A stretch of 62,142 nucleotides of DNA, filler included, from Basidiobolus ranarum (GCA_040143965.1; 9 parts of 9 records of this genome joined end to end with filler, not necessarily neighbours in it), one strand, 5' to 3'. Positions 11,883 to 24,560 are shown, counted from the whole stretch's first letter. The notes: generated by a model not told the origin, from the sequence alone. Made by a program: numbers and translations.

Positions 11883-13757
11883 ATGCACATTACGACCCAA
11901 GTCATCACTGGTCTTACTCTGGCTGCTGTCGCCTCAGCATCCGTAACCTTTCCGTATAGTTTTCCCAATAGTTGTATTGCATCATGCTCTATGGAAGCTG
12001 GTAAGAAGTGTTGGTCAGATTACACGCATGATCAAAGTAGCCCATACTTTATAGAATCGTTGTCATGCCCATGTGGTACTGGTTCCAAATCCACCCAGTA
12101 TAACAACGAAATGACAAATTGTATGAGCAACAACGATTGCGGATGGTGGGATACCCTCACTTATAACTGGGATAAGAGCTCTGTGTGTGACTGGTACAAT
12201 GAACACAAAGATATGATCAAGTCACACGTATCTACTACAACGCACAAGTCTACAAAAAGATTAACAAGTCGCAGTTCCCAACACAAAACTTTTAGCAAAT
12301 CGACTGACTCATACAGCAGTGTTCAAAGTGTTTCGTCTCAAAATGTTACCACATTACCGAAATCACACAGCTTTGCTGGAACCTCTGCAAAAGTATCCAA
12401 CAAAGTGAAGACTGCTTTGCATAGCAAAAACTACACGACCCTCGTAATTCCCTCATCCATCAGGGGTAGTGCAACAGAGGATCAACAGCATACCAAATCA
12501 CATGATGATAATGGGACTGCTGTCTCCCATAACAGCATTGCAACCACATCTCACAAATACAGCAGTGCGGCTATTTCTTCACCACAATCCCTTTCAATGA
12601 GTTCAAAAACTAAGGAGATCAAGCTGAGCAAGTCTACCGCAAGTCACGCAACTCATTTGTCCACAGAGAGTACTGAGTCAAAGACCCAATATCACACCAA
12701 GTCTCATTCTGAGAGTGAGCTTTCTTTATCTGACCACAGCGCTATCACTACTGCATCTGACCCCTCCTCAGTGAGCTTTGAGACCTCGAAGGTCCCTACA
12801 ACCACTGAAGCCCAATCTACTTGGATTCCCAGACCATCGAACTACTTCCCCTTCCCACCCCCCAACAAGTGTATGACTGACTGCTCGTTCAAGGCTGGCA
12901 GGAAGTGCTGGTCCAAGTACACTCAGGATATTCATAGTCCTTACTTCGTAGAGTCCTTATCGTGTCTCTGTGACAGCAGCAACCCTGGACACTCCCAATT
13001 CATCAGCGACAGTGCATCCTGTATGATAAGTAGTGATTGTGGGTTCTTTGCCATGATCAAGGCAGAGGGACAGCAAAGCGCAATTTGCAAGTGGTACAAT
13101 GAGCACAAGCAGGTAATCAAGCCAACTGAAAGTCACTCAACCACTGAGACCCACAAAGCCAGTGCTCCAAGTGTACATTCAGAGTCAACTGAAAGCTCGA
13201 CTGCTCACAGTTCTACTTATGATGTTACTTCCCAAGAGTCAAGCAAGTCAACCCAGTCTCCCAAGGCTTTTATGACAACTATGTCGCATAATCCTAGCCA
13301 TACTTTAAAATCTGAGTCTAGCTCAGTTGAGACCACTAAGTCGAAATCAAATACAACTGCAAGTCAGTCATCCTCAAAACCGGTTAAAAGTAGTGAACCA
13401 AAGAGTCAAGTATCTGTTGACATTTCCAGGTCCGATAAGTATACCTCAAGTCGCGCAGCTTCTTCCGCTGAGAGTACTGAGTCAATGACCCAGCATTATA
13501 CTGAATCTCATTCTGAGAGTGAGTTCTCTGTATCTCACAGCAGCGCTATCACTTCCACATCTCATCTTTCCTCAGTGAGCTCTGAGACTTCAAAGGTCCC
13601 TACTTCTACCGAGGCTCAACCTACTTGGATTCCCAGACCATCGAACTATTTCCCCTTCCCACCTCCCAACAAGTGTATGACTGACTGCTCGTTCAAGGCT
13701 GGCAGGAAGTGCTGGTCCAAGTACACTCAGGATATTCATAGTCCTTACTTCGTAGAG
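11883..13757 (+). CDS. Secreted Ser/Thr-rich (mucin-like) protein with at least three 8-Cys CFEM-like domains; 3' truncated by the contig end
   Basis: Intronless ORF with signal peptide MHITTQVITGLTLAAVASA. Domain pattern C-x3-C-x7-C-x18-CxC-x15/16-C-x5-C-x15-C-x-WYNEHK occurs twice in full, plus the start of a third copy, separated by S/T/H/K/E-rich spacers. Confidence 0.88.
12666..13757 (+). repeat. Intragenic direct repeat with 804-nt spacing (12666-12953 vs 13470-13757)
   Basis: gagagtactgagtca...tggattcccagaccatcgaacta...ccttacttcgtagag is duplicated. The Cys-domain part is nearly identical at DNA level, and the contig breaks inside it. Confidence 0.95.
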
Positions 13758-13857
13758 NNNNNNNNNNNNNNNNNNNNNNNNNNNNNNNNNNNNNNNNNNN
13801 NTTAATTAATTAANNNNNNNNNNNNNNNNNNNNNNNNNNNNNNNNNNNNNNNNNNNN

Positions 13858-14966
13858 AGAGGGACCGTAGGAATAACATTACAACATTCTCAGATGGGAG
13901 GGATTTTAGTATCTCAAGGTTTAGGAATTCCATTTGCCACTGTACCAGGCTGGCGTTGGTTGATGGGCGGAACACTAGCCCCCGCTATTTTGCAAATGAT
14001 CCTTTTGCCATTTTGCCAAGAAACCCCTCGATTCTTAATTATGAATGAACAATACGACAAAGCTAGGGATTCCTTACTAAGACTACGAAAGGGATGTCAA
14101 GTTGACTTAGAGTACGATGATATGCTACGAGCACAAAAGGAATCCGGGTCAACTGGTTTCTCAGGAAATACAGCAACCGTAGGATCTTCAATGCGTTTGA
14201 GTATAATTGAGGTAGCTAGACCTCCAGTAGAACTTGGTGAGACTAAGGTGGCTGCACCCTTAAATATAATAGAGATCCTGAAAAGTAAGAAGTTACGTAA
14301 GATGGCACTTGTCGGAATTACTTTATTTGCTCTGCAACCACTAAGTGGAATGATCGGGATCGTATACTACTCTACTTCAATCTTTGAAAAAGTATTTGGA
14401 GCGGCTAAAGCCTCTTATGTGACTCTTGGTATTGCATCCATTAACTTTCTACTGACATTTTTGTCGGCTGTGGTTATTGAAAAAGCTGGACGGAAATTAC
14501 TTTTGATTATCAGTGAGGTTGGGATGATGGTAGCCTCGGCTCTTCTTGTTGTGGGTTCTACCCTTGCTCTTGATCCATTAGTCATTGCAGCTGGTAGGAA
14601 TGATTCATTTACACCCTTTCAAAAGCCCAACTAACATTTCAATTGTCTAGCATTTTTGTTTGTTGCTGCATTCGCTATCGGCCTTGGACCTATTACAGTG
14701 ATTCTTATTCCAGAATTGATGCCTACGAAGGCGGTCAGTGCAGTTATATCTATGGCGAATAATGTTGGTTGGATGTAAGTAGTGGGAAAAACGTTTATCT
14801 CGAATAGAAACTAACGTTAGTACTATGTAGATGCACTTTCGCAGTAGGGCTACTCCTCCCTTTATTGACCGAAAGTTTAATGACTTATACGTTTACGATT
14901 TTCGTTGGAACCAATCTTTTTGCTTTAGTCTTTACTTTACTTTTTGTTCCTAACAAAAAGAAGTAA
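13858..14966 (+). CDS. MFS sugar porter (GLUT-like), 5' truncated
   Basis: RGTVGITLQHSQMGGILVSQGLG, GWRWL, LPFCQETPRFL, QPLSGMIGIVYYSTSIF, IEKAGRKLLL, FAIGLGPI...PELMP. Two GT-AG introns (about 14594-14650 and 14775-14830). Stop TAA at 14964-14966. Confidence 0.9.
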
Positions 14967-15550
14967 TTCCAGTATGCCTTTGGTTACCATACAAACTCAA
15001 CCAATAACAAATATGGCGAACCTCTCTGTCCGATTACCTCTAATAACCCTTCCCCTTTATCTATACTGAGATGCCTATATTGTACAGCTAATAACGCAAC
15101 CCGACCTATCGTATGGCCTTTCCTTGATGCTCGAAATACCTCAAGACAAAGAAAGCCCTCAGACTAATGTCCAAAAGATTATAGATTACCTAGTATTACT
15201 CTCTAGATGTTAAAGTTTCTTTAATTATTTATTAGTGTGTTTAGTAAAATTAGATATCTCTATTTCGTCTCATGTACTACATGTATTTAACTAACGAAGA
15301 GTCGTAAATAAATATTTAGGAATTGAAAACCTATTTCAAATCTCAGATCATTAACTCGTAACATCATTCATTAGATATAATGATAGTTACATTAACTTAA
15401 CATCTACAAACCGAAGTAATATCAAAACCTGTGATAATGACCTCATTAAAGAGAATTATTTGAATATCATTAAGAGAACAAAGTGAATGTCCATATAACA
15501 CCACATACCATCCATTGTAACTACTTCGCAAGAAAGTAGTTCACAAGAAA

Positions 15551-16098
15551 ATGGCCAACGGAAATATTTCTGTGCAAGTGTTTGAAGCACGTAACATCCA
15601 CGCTAGGACTGGCCACAAAAAAAATTATCTTTCAAGCCAGGAGACCTGTTCCGAAAATGAATCCACCTCCTCTACTAGTGAACAACTTAACTCCCCTGCT
15701 CAAGTTGCTGTACATTTATATACGCATAATCACCTACATAAGATTCCTATATATCGGCAGCAATATCAAACACATACGCAGCCTTTGTCTAATCTCATAT
15801 GGAATGAAACGTTTACTTTGAATGTTGATGATAAACATACAACTTTATACGTTGAAGTTTTGGACAAAAGGAAAGGACTCCTTGAACATCGTAAACTAGG
15901 TAAGTTCTTTTTAGAGTAAATAATCAGTGGTTTCTTTAAGGTTAACTTTCAATATTGGCATTGTCTCAAGCCACTACCAATATATTACTCGAGGAGATAT
16001 TCGAAAAAAAGGAATTGGATAATTGGTATGCTTTATTCAATGAGCATAACACAAGCTCGGGAGAGATCCGTTTAAAGATAAGCTATCAACCGAACTAA
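15551..16098 (+). CDS. Small single C2-domain protein
   Basis: GNISVQVFEARNI...LIWNETFTLNVDDKHTTLYVEVLDK...KL, then an intron of about 15900-15970, then TTNILLEEIFEKKELDNWYALFNEHNTSSGEIRLKISYQPN*. Confidence 0.85.
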
Positions 16099-16801
16099 TT
16101 CTTGCACACTCTTTGCTTAAAAATGGCTCAATATTTTTCTGCTCGGTTATTACTTTCTATGGGTGGAAGTCTAAGAGATAGCTTAGTTGCAGATTCCTCT
16201 ACATTACAACTATAAAAAATGTACTCTAGTTGATATCCTTGAATATATAAATCATTCACTAAAGCAACAGAATTTACTATCAGAGCCCAATAATGAACAT
16301 GAAGCCATCTTCACATTCCAGAAGCTCAATCTCAGCAATATCTTTAGTTTCTCATTACTGTTTCATGAAGTTGTTGGGGCGATGCATACTTCTGTTGAAT
16401 TCACTGGATTATCTGATATAATCAGTGTCTGAACATCTGTCATTAACGAATTTGAGCTAGTAATCGTAACTATCTTTCATAAGAGATCATGAACCGTTCA
16501 ACTTCGGTCAAACTGAAAAATTTAGGTAAAATCAATGAGTTGAATGAAAAATGGTGAGATTTAACCTTGCTCTACAAACCGATGATATTTCACCGATTCT
16601 ACTCACATTTACTAGCCCATTACGTCACTTATACATGGCTCATCTTAGTCATTTATTTGCTTGCTCCACTTGCCGAATGAAGTCTCAGCGGTGATTGCCG
16701 TATGACATACGGCTTTCGGTGTACAAATTTGAATTTAGTTCTCGATAAGACCTCTCAGTGTTTTTAAGTTTCGTTGGACGCACTACTCCAGTTAGTATGC
16801 A

Positions 16802-18539
16802 ATGGAAACCGCCTGTAAGGACTACTTAAATGCTCTGGGTAGCTTTGACTACTTCAACGCTAGCCGTTTATCTTCAAAACTTCTAAAAGTGCGTCTTTTC
16901 TTTTGATTTGGTTTTGGTTTGCTCTTAAACTTAAGATATACTATTATGTTAGTTGTCCCCGACAGTAGGAACCATATTAAATAGGCTAGCAACTTGTGAA
17001 GCCCTATACACTGGTTTAGCCTTTCTCAAACCTAAATTTTTTCGACGAGAAAATGTAATATGTCAAATAGTTCATCCGAGGAATATCGTTTCGAAAGGCT
17101 AATTTTATTGATTTCTCCACCCAGTTTTTAAATATTTTAAATGCCGCCATCGGAGATGATGCCATCAAAGAGGCACAAATATTGTTTTCTGGGGGTAGTC
17201 CTACTCCTCTGGAATCGGCTTCATCAACCTTTTTGAGCAAACTCTGTAGAGCATTAAACAATCTGGCAACAGTACGTCAAGAGCAAATCAACATGTAAGC
17301 ACAAGTATTCTTATTATAGAAAGCCCTTGACTTTGCAGAGAGCATATGAGAGCTGAAACCTTTTCGAATTCAGCTACCGTAGTTTATCTGGAGATCCTGC
17401 GGGGATCAAGTATGAAGCTATACTTGAGAACATATTAATTGTTCAGGCAAATTTAAAACGAATGCATCTAGAAGATAGTCTTGGATTACTTGCTCTAGGA
17501 CTCAGGTAACATATGCATATATACAACAGACTCACCAGCGTATATATCTAACACTATACTTTACGATTGATAGAAAAGAGCTCAACATGCTTTATAACAT
17601 ATTCAAAGCTCAGATTGCTTTGAGTGAGTATAATTTTAAGCGTTCAACTGTTAGCCTTTACACAGCGAAAAGCGAACTACACGAGTGGAAAAAGGCTTGC
17701 TCTTTACTAGAGGCTCATGATGTAATATTTCAAAGTGATTCGATCTACTACCATGTATATCTTGGCTAAGTCATTCGTCTTAGAAACACTCGCGTCCATT
17801 TCGAAATACTCCACAATTACCAAATAACATGGGCTGGGTATCTCAATTTACCAACGAATTGATGTCAAAGTTGACATTTTATTTCCAGGATACTTTGCTT
17901 GAAAAAGAACGGATACTTGGAGGAGAGCTGAAAAATCTATGGCGGCGGATTGAACCAGATTACTTCACATTGTAAGCTTACAGTTGCATAGTCCACACAA
18001 GCACCATATTCACATAATTATTTTGGGATGGTTTTTGAATTTAGGATCCGAAACTTTCGGAGACGTTCAGGTGCACATAGTATCTCATTGATCTATGAGA
18101 TCGATTCTGAGAAACCTTTTCACAAGAAAGGTTACGTTTGCCCTGTAAGAGACTATGAAACACCAACCGGATTGATGTCATTTCCATGTATTTACAGTTA
18201 TCCAGAAGTAATTTGCTCACTGATATATATATAGTAATTAGCTTATAACTAACCCTAACATGATAGAGCCCGCCCTACGAGCACTGGCCCAATCTAATAT
18301 CCATCATGCAAGTGAATGAAGAACTCTTGACGGACACTCGATCGAAGTGTATTCACTTCTATGATAAGAAGGTTGGGAGTACGTACTATTTAATCCGAGT
18401 CGATGTGCAGATTACTCTGGTAGTCATATTCTTGGATAGACACGGAAATCCCGAAAACAGTACAGTCGAGTTCATGAAATATATAGCTAGGCATTTAAGA
18501 AATACCGAAATCTTTGAGATGATGTCTAAGATGGAGTGA
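16802..18539 (+). CDS. KICS2: KICSTOR subunit 2 (C12orf66) homologue, multi-exon
   Basis: Exon blocks are colinear with human C12orf66 as I recall it: METACKDYLNALGSFDY, LNRLATCEALYTGLAFL, ELNMLYNIFKAQIALSEYNFKRSTVSLYTAKSELHEW, LMSKLTFYFQ, IRNFRRRSGAHSISLIYE, GYVCP..DYETPTGLMSFPCIYSYP, HWPNLISIM, IHFYDKKVGSTYYLIR, LRNTEIF. Exact exon boundaries not fully resolved. Confidence 0.85.
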
Positions 18540-20479
18540 TCAGTCTCCAAGTTTAGTTCCACCCAGCATTTTCTAGCACACAGATACTTCAAGCCCCTCT
18601 ATGGCGCCATATTGACCAATGTCTGTTGCTGCTAAAGTCAATGTGTACAGTTATATTCCTCCACTCCTCTTCTATCGATAATAAACCCTTCGGTACATGG
18701 CTAAATTTTTGCTACAACCCTGCAATTTTGTAAGATTAGAAAATTGCATAAACAAGCCTAGATGGTAACATGTAGAATCGTTGGTTGTACACAGATCCTG
18801 GAAAGTAGCTGACATTGAGCAATCTGATTAAATTATGTTCTGGCTAAAAAAATTTAAGACTAATAACCTGTAGCAACTGGCCGAATTAGGCTATAGGATC
18901 CTCCTCAAATAGGACTGTGATGTTCCCTATACATACTCTCCTGGTAAGAACATATATATATTGATTATCCTTGGAAGCCATTTTTACCGGGCTTATTATA
19001 CCAAGGAATGCGGATACTACCGTCGATTAAAGCTCAATGTACCAACATATTTGTCAGCTAATTCGACGCGTTGATCAAAGACAAGAATTTACTGAGACTT
19101 GCCTACTGCAGACCCAGCAGTCCCGCTATCATCTCGTTTCAATATCTGGGACACCTGGGATTCCATATGGTGTCTCTTTTGATTCTTTGCACCTTACTAT
19201 CGTTACCACCAGGTAAGCACATAAAATGAAAATAATGATGACAAGACCAGTTGAACTAAAATGGTCTACTCTCAATCCTGTTATAGTGGCATCCAATGGA
19301 AATACATACCTAGCATGTTAGTTGCAGCACACGATAACCCTAACCGATATGGGTGAAGCAATATTCGATCCTCTAGTTCTAGAATCCAAGTAGATTTGAT
19401 TGAAGGGTGCTGGGGTTAAAAGATTATCAGCAAAGCTTATTTGAAAGATCCAAATATAATAGGTTGCATATCTCCTCGTCCAATTTGGACTCTGATGTGT
19501 GGCAGTAATGTCAATACAGCATCAGTCGGTTAACCGTTTCGAACACTCCAGAGGTTAGCTTGAATACCACAGCTTTGGATTGGACCATTGAAGGTATCGT
19601 GATTTGACTGGCTTCGTGCAATGAAAGCGTATACCGGATTATCTTAATACCATTCTTGTATGATTCCCATTGAGTCAATATGTACCACCAAAGACACAAG
19701 ACCAGGATCTGATAGAGCTGAACCTCATATGTCCCTTTTTCAGTAATGCTATCAGATGAAGTTTGGTTGGGGTTTCAGGAAAAAACGTTTATATATAGTG
19801 CTACAATGTTAATCTTCAGTTGCGCATCGCTGCGATTTGCGATAACTCTCACGAAATCGGATGACATGGAATCTCAATGTGTCCCAAATTTCCAAAAATA
19901 AATATCTGATCCTTAACATGAATAGCAGTGAACCAATCTGATTAATTGACATTGTTTGCAAACAAATTTAATCTTGGCTAGTGGACATCAACAGGCATCT
20001 TATTACTAATGAAGATAGATACTGCATCTAGGCCAAGGTATGCTAGGATATGACCATCCGCCTTGTAGGTAGAGAAAGCGCATTGGACATCAAACTCTCG
20101 CTCTAGTGTTACCTTTCATTTCCGTTTTTTTGAATCATCAATCGCTCTTCGGTTGTAATGGCATTGAATCAGTCATACGATATATGATTTCTGGTGGGGT
20201 ACGATAAATCTTGTTTTAAGCCATTTTAAGAAATAATCCAATTCCATATTCTCTCCATAATGACTTGAAATCTGTTTACAGTAAAAAGAGCTTAAGATTT
20301 CTCCTTTGGGGCAATCACAACAAGTGTAACCTGGGATTCGTATTGCTCAGGAAACGCATTGAGAAACCGCATGTCTTAAACAGTAACCTAGCAAGTTATC
20401 GGTGAGTGACAGAATCTAATAAATAGAGCTGAATGGCTATACCTGATATTTATCTCCACAACACTCTCTCACTACCAAT

Positions 20480-20682
20480 ATGTCGAGTGATCACAAGAAA
20501 TCAGAGAAGGACGACCTCGATGTAGATCATGAAAAGAATGAGCATAATCTCGCTGGTCGTCAATCCACCTACCCTTGGCGTTATAAGGCTTTTGCTCTGT
20601 TCTGTGCTCTTGCCATGTCTTTAGGTAGTCACTTTGCCAACTCTGCTTTAAGCGCCACCACTGATAATATCACCAGGGTAAT
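20480..20682 (+). CDS. MFS transporter (MFSD1-like), first exon only; truncated by the contig end
   Basis: YPWRYKAFALFCALAMSLGSHFANSALSA is a typical TM1 of fungal MFSD1-like proteins, and it ends at a GTAAT donor site. Confidence 0.65.
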
Positions 20683-20782
20683 NNNNNNNNNNNNNNNNNN
20701 NNNNNNNNNNNNNNNNNNNNNNNNNNTTAATTAATTAANNNNNNNNNNNNNNNNNNNNNNNNNNNNNNNNNNNNNNNNNNNN

Positions 20783-20992
20783 CAAACATGCCTGTTAAGC
20801 ATGGGTGAAAATTTAAGGTGATTTGGAGAAGTTTTGAGAAAATAGTGAAAATTGGTAAAAGTGATCTAATTCATATTTCTATCAATTAGAGCAATCAACA
20901 CACATTTTCGAATAACAGAATTGAGTGCTAAATAATCAGAATATGAATAAACTGACTACTAAATAATGAGTTGCTATTTACCTAATTTCAAC
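20783..20992 (-). mobile_element. Copia LTR family A, partial
   Basis: Near-identical to 34986-35193 and 52260-52463; ends in cctaatttcaaca. Confidence 0.9.
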
Positions 20993-21599
20993 AAGTATCA
21001 CATTTCTTAGAGAACCAAGCATGCTCAGCACTATCATGGGAGGAAGTACAACAACTAATATTTCATGAAGCAGAGAGACATATGGCATCAACAAAACTCT
21101 CTACCCTGTTGTTGATGATGGAACATCCAAAATAGCAAGTATTTGCAAACTGTGGCACATCATCCAATTACCAGTGGAGTCATCAAGAGATTGAATGGGT
21201 GCTTTAGCATGAAGCTATTGAGTAAGCCAATGGATCACACACTAGTGGGATGAGTATATTCATCAGGCTTTATTTGCTTGCTGCATTGGAGTAAATAGTA
21301 CAACTCAGAAGTCACCTTTCTACTTAAGACTTGTAACATTTTATTGAGCCAGATCAGGCCAGCTAAAAAGTCAGCCCAAACAAATTGGCATCACGGGCAC
21401 CATCTGGCATAATGTTATTTACCATTCCATTTCCAATAGTTTTACTTATGTAGTACACTTAGGAACAGTACTTTTAGATAGTATTGCATGTTCAGGATGA
21501 TGAAAGCTTTATTCATAGTTTCTTAAGGCTAGAGCTCTCAATGGATATTTTTGAGTATGCTATATTTGTTGAGAATATAACAAGATTTTGACAACTTTG

Positions 21600-22450
21600 C
21601 CTAACTTTTATTGAGTCCCACAAAACAATTTTCCCCTTTACCTTCCTGTTACAATACAATATCTTTATTGGAAACCATAGCTATATTCTATTCTTGCTCT
21701 AAAATGGGAAAAATGTCATTATAAAGCTTTTACCTCTCTGTGAGTATCTCTCCCCTGGGCCTCTTGTTAGCTGTGAAACATCCTAGCCTTCTGCATTTTT
21801 CCCCAACATATGCTAAATCAGCCATAGTCTTCTCAGATTTTACAAATGGTGCTTGCCTCTCAACCCAAAGGCTGTTGTGTTGGCATCTCCCGGGATGTGG
21901 CCCACATAACCATATGATACTTCCTTATAAATACGTAAAAGCCTTGAACTTTATTCAGTGAGCTTTGCACTCACCAGCATAGAATAGCTTTTGGTTGCTT
22001 TTGGGCCTGTTAATTCCCATAGGAAATATATCAAGAATACTTGTGATATGAACTCTGTTGGGAAATACTCCAGGAAATGGAAGGAAATCGGGGTCCCTGC
22101 ATCTTTTGTCCCAGGCACCTTCAATATTGTTCATCACTGAAGCAAGAAAATTCTCACTTTCTTGATGCCTGGAAATGCAAGCTATTCCCACTTTTACCAC
22201 CTTTAATAGTGCACCAAAATCTGATTGGACAATAGTTTTGTAGTAACAAAACAAATTGACTAGCTGGTTTCTGGTAGGTCTTGGAGTATATGGGCCACAG
22301 TACTTGTCAAATATTGCTTAAAAGGTAGCAATAGGAAAGCCAGTAGTTGCTTGTGGATATATGAGGCATGACCACTTAGAGTAGGTGGAGGGCATGATAC
22401 CATTCTTGTATTGCACTGGCGCAATACTGAATGATCTGGCTTGCATGAGA
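21600..22450 (-). pseudogene. PIF/Harbinger (DDE_Tnp_4-like) transposase remnant
   Basis: ILDIFPMGINRPKSNQKLFYAGECKAH*IKFKAFTYL*GSIIWLCGPHPGR...TMADLAYVG...KRPRGEILTER*KLYN, then by frameshift RARIEYSYG. Boundaries approximate. Confidence 0.8.
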
Positions 22451-23559
22451 TATTTATTAGAGAGTTTCAATTATTATGGTAAAACTCCCTACATTCTGCA
22501 AAATAAAATTTCTCTTTACATTTATTATCCTTATTATTTCATTTATGTCTAATTGCATTAAAATTATATACAAAACTGCATCAGCAAAGTAAATCATAGA
22601 TTGATTGGAATATATTTATTTTGCATATCCATCCAAATGGCCCAAAGCTGAATGCATTATGCTTGAATACACTATAGTAAATTAACTTAGATATTTAACC
22701 AAAAATATAAAAAGAACACTAATTCTGATTGAAACCAATGAAGTCTGACATCACAGATATATATAATAGTTGTGTATCATGTCAAAACAGATTCTTCCTG
22801 CTTCATAACCTAATTTGGTACAGGAAACCACCACTTCCAAGATTTTGCACATGTAGATAAATGGAGGTGTAGGTGGCATAAAGCAGTGCATGCCCAACAA
22901 TTTTACAGATGCCTAGGTATCCACTATCAATTCTTGATTGGATATACGGGAGTTATTGATAAGCTTGATAGAAGCTGGGCAAGGGGGCATTAGACAAAAG
23001 TGGAATCAACTATTCACTCTGGCTTGGAGAGAATACCATATCTTCATGCCTGTAGGAGTCTACAAGAAAATATTCAATAAGACTCATGAGGATCGAAAGC
23101 ATGTATTGAGAGCTGGGAATTTAATTTTGTGTCCACAAAGACACAATTTCAACCCCATTTTGCTTGTATTTGCCAGAAGTGACCATGACAGCCTCAACTT
23201 TAGAGACAAAAGATGTTCTAAATAAATATGTGCCACTACTTAATGAGACTTTGAGGCAAATGTTGATGGAAGTTGCAGAGTTCAAAACAATATTTAAGGA
23301 CACTATGGCAAGAGTAATCAACAGAGGTGTAAAGAGAAAAGTAAGACAGTTTATTGAAACAGAAGATATTCACAAATGCAAATTAGAGCAGTCTAGACTG
23401 CTACACAGATGTACAAGATCACTCTAAATTGAAGAGACTCCTGACAAGATTTCTAGTTTACAAGAAAAATCTACAAAACTCACTACTAGATGTGAGGTAA
23501 AACCTCCAACAAGGGTAAGAGCACAACAAGTTGGCTCATCATCTGGTAGTACACATCAA

Positions 23560-24560
23560 CAGCAATGCCAGCCTGGAAGAGTCTGTGATGTTTCTCCCAT
23601 TTCTGATGAAGAGCAAGCAGTTGATGAAGAACTGGAAAGAGGCTGGCCCATATTCTCATGCACAAATTGCCTGATTCAACCAAACCAACCAGTGATCTTT
23701 TTACATCTGAAGAAGAGTTACTGAGCTTGAAGAAGCCACAACAGTTAAACACAAGCCACAAGGTATACAATATGTTCCAACACATTCTGCCATGCAACAG
23801 AGGATGCAGCAGCCAGTCAAAAGAGATGAAGCTTTGACCATGGTTGAAGAGGCAAGAACTGCCAAACATAAGCCTGAAGGTAGATGACATATACTGGAAT
23901 ACAACCATGGCAATAGTAAGTCAAAAGAGATGAAGCTTCCACTGTGATTCAAGAAACAATGACCACCCAACACATATCACAAGGTAGAGACTTGCTCCAA
24001 AACACTGCTGCCCTGTGACTGCAGCCACAGCCAGTTGCAAGAGATGAAGCTTCTGTTGAAATTAGCTTTGCCTAAACTCCTATATAGTCATATATAGCTT
24101 AGTACTTGGTAATCTTATGATTCACTAAGAAATTAATGATTATTCTCAATCAGAACTTACCAAGAATATATTTACCAACTTGGACATTGTCAGAGGTATA
24201 GATTTTAAAACTTGTGCTAGAAGCCCCAAACTTTGCACCCATGTTTCTGGGACCTTCCTTAGTATATTCTACATCTTGATTTGTTTAGATCTTGACAAAA
24301 CTATAAATATCAACTTTCTAGTCAATAAATCAATAAGTGAAAACAAACAATTTCTCTAATTCTTGAAACCACTTCCAACAGGCTGCAAATACTTCAACAA
24401 TTTCTAACATATTTGAAGAGGCAAGAACAGCCAAGCATAAACCTCATGGTAGACAACTTGCTCCTACACATACTGCCATGAGACCATGGCCATGGCCAGC
24501 CAAAAGATATGAAGCTTCTACCATGGTTGAAGAATCAATAACTGTTGAGCAGAAACCTCA
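23560..24560 (+). repeat. Degenerate coding-type tandem repeat of about 110-130 bp in the Harbinger second ORF, interrupted by a solo LTR
   Basis: The motif aagagatgaagctt...gaagaggcaagaac recurs at about 23820, 23925, 24040 and 24500. Confidence 0.7.
24054..24399 (+). mobile_element. Solo copia LTR family B
   Basis: TGTTGAAATT...TTCAACA. Flanks gcttc/atttc look like a decayed 5-bp TSD, and the host repeat resumes in register after the LTR. Confidence 0.85.

Noticed and set aside
23560-24560. CRISPR-like repeat-spacer array
   Set aside because: Whole units, including the supposed spacers, are mutually similar and degenerate. The context is a eukaryotic transposon with no cas genes.
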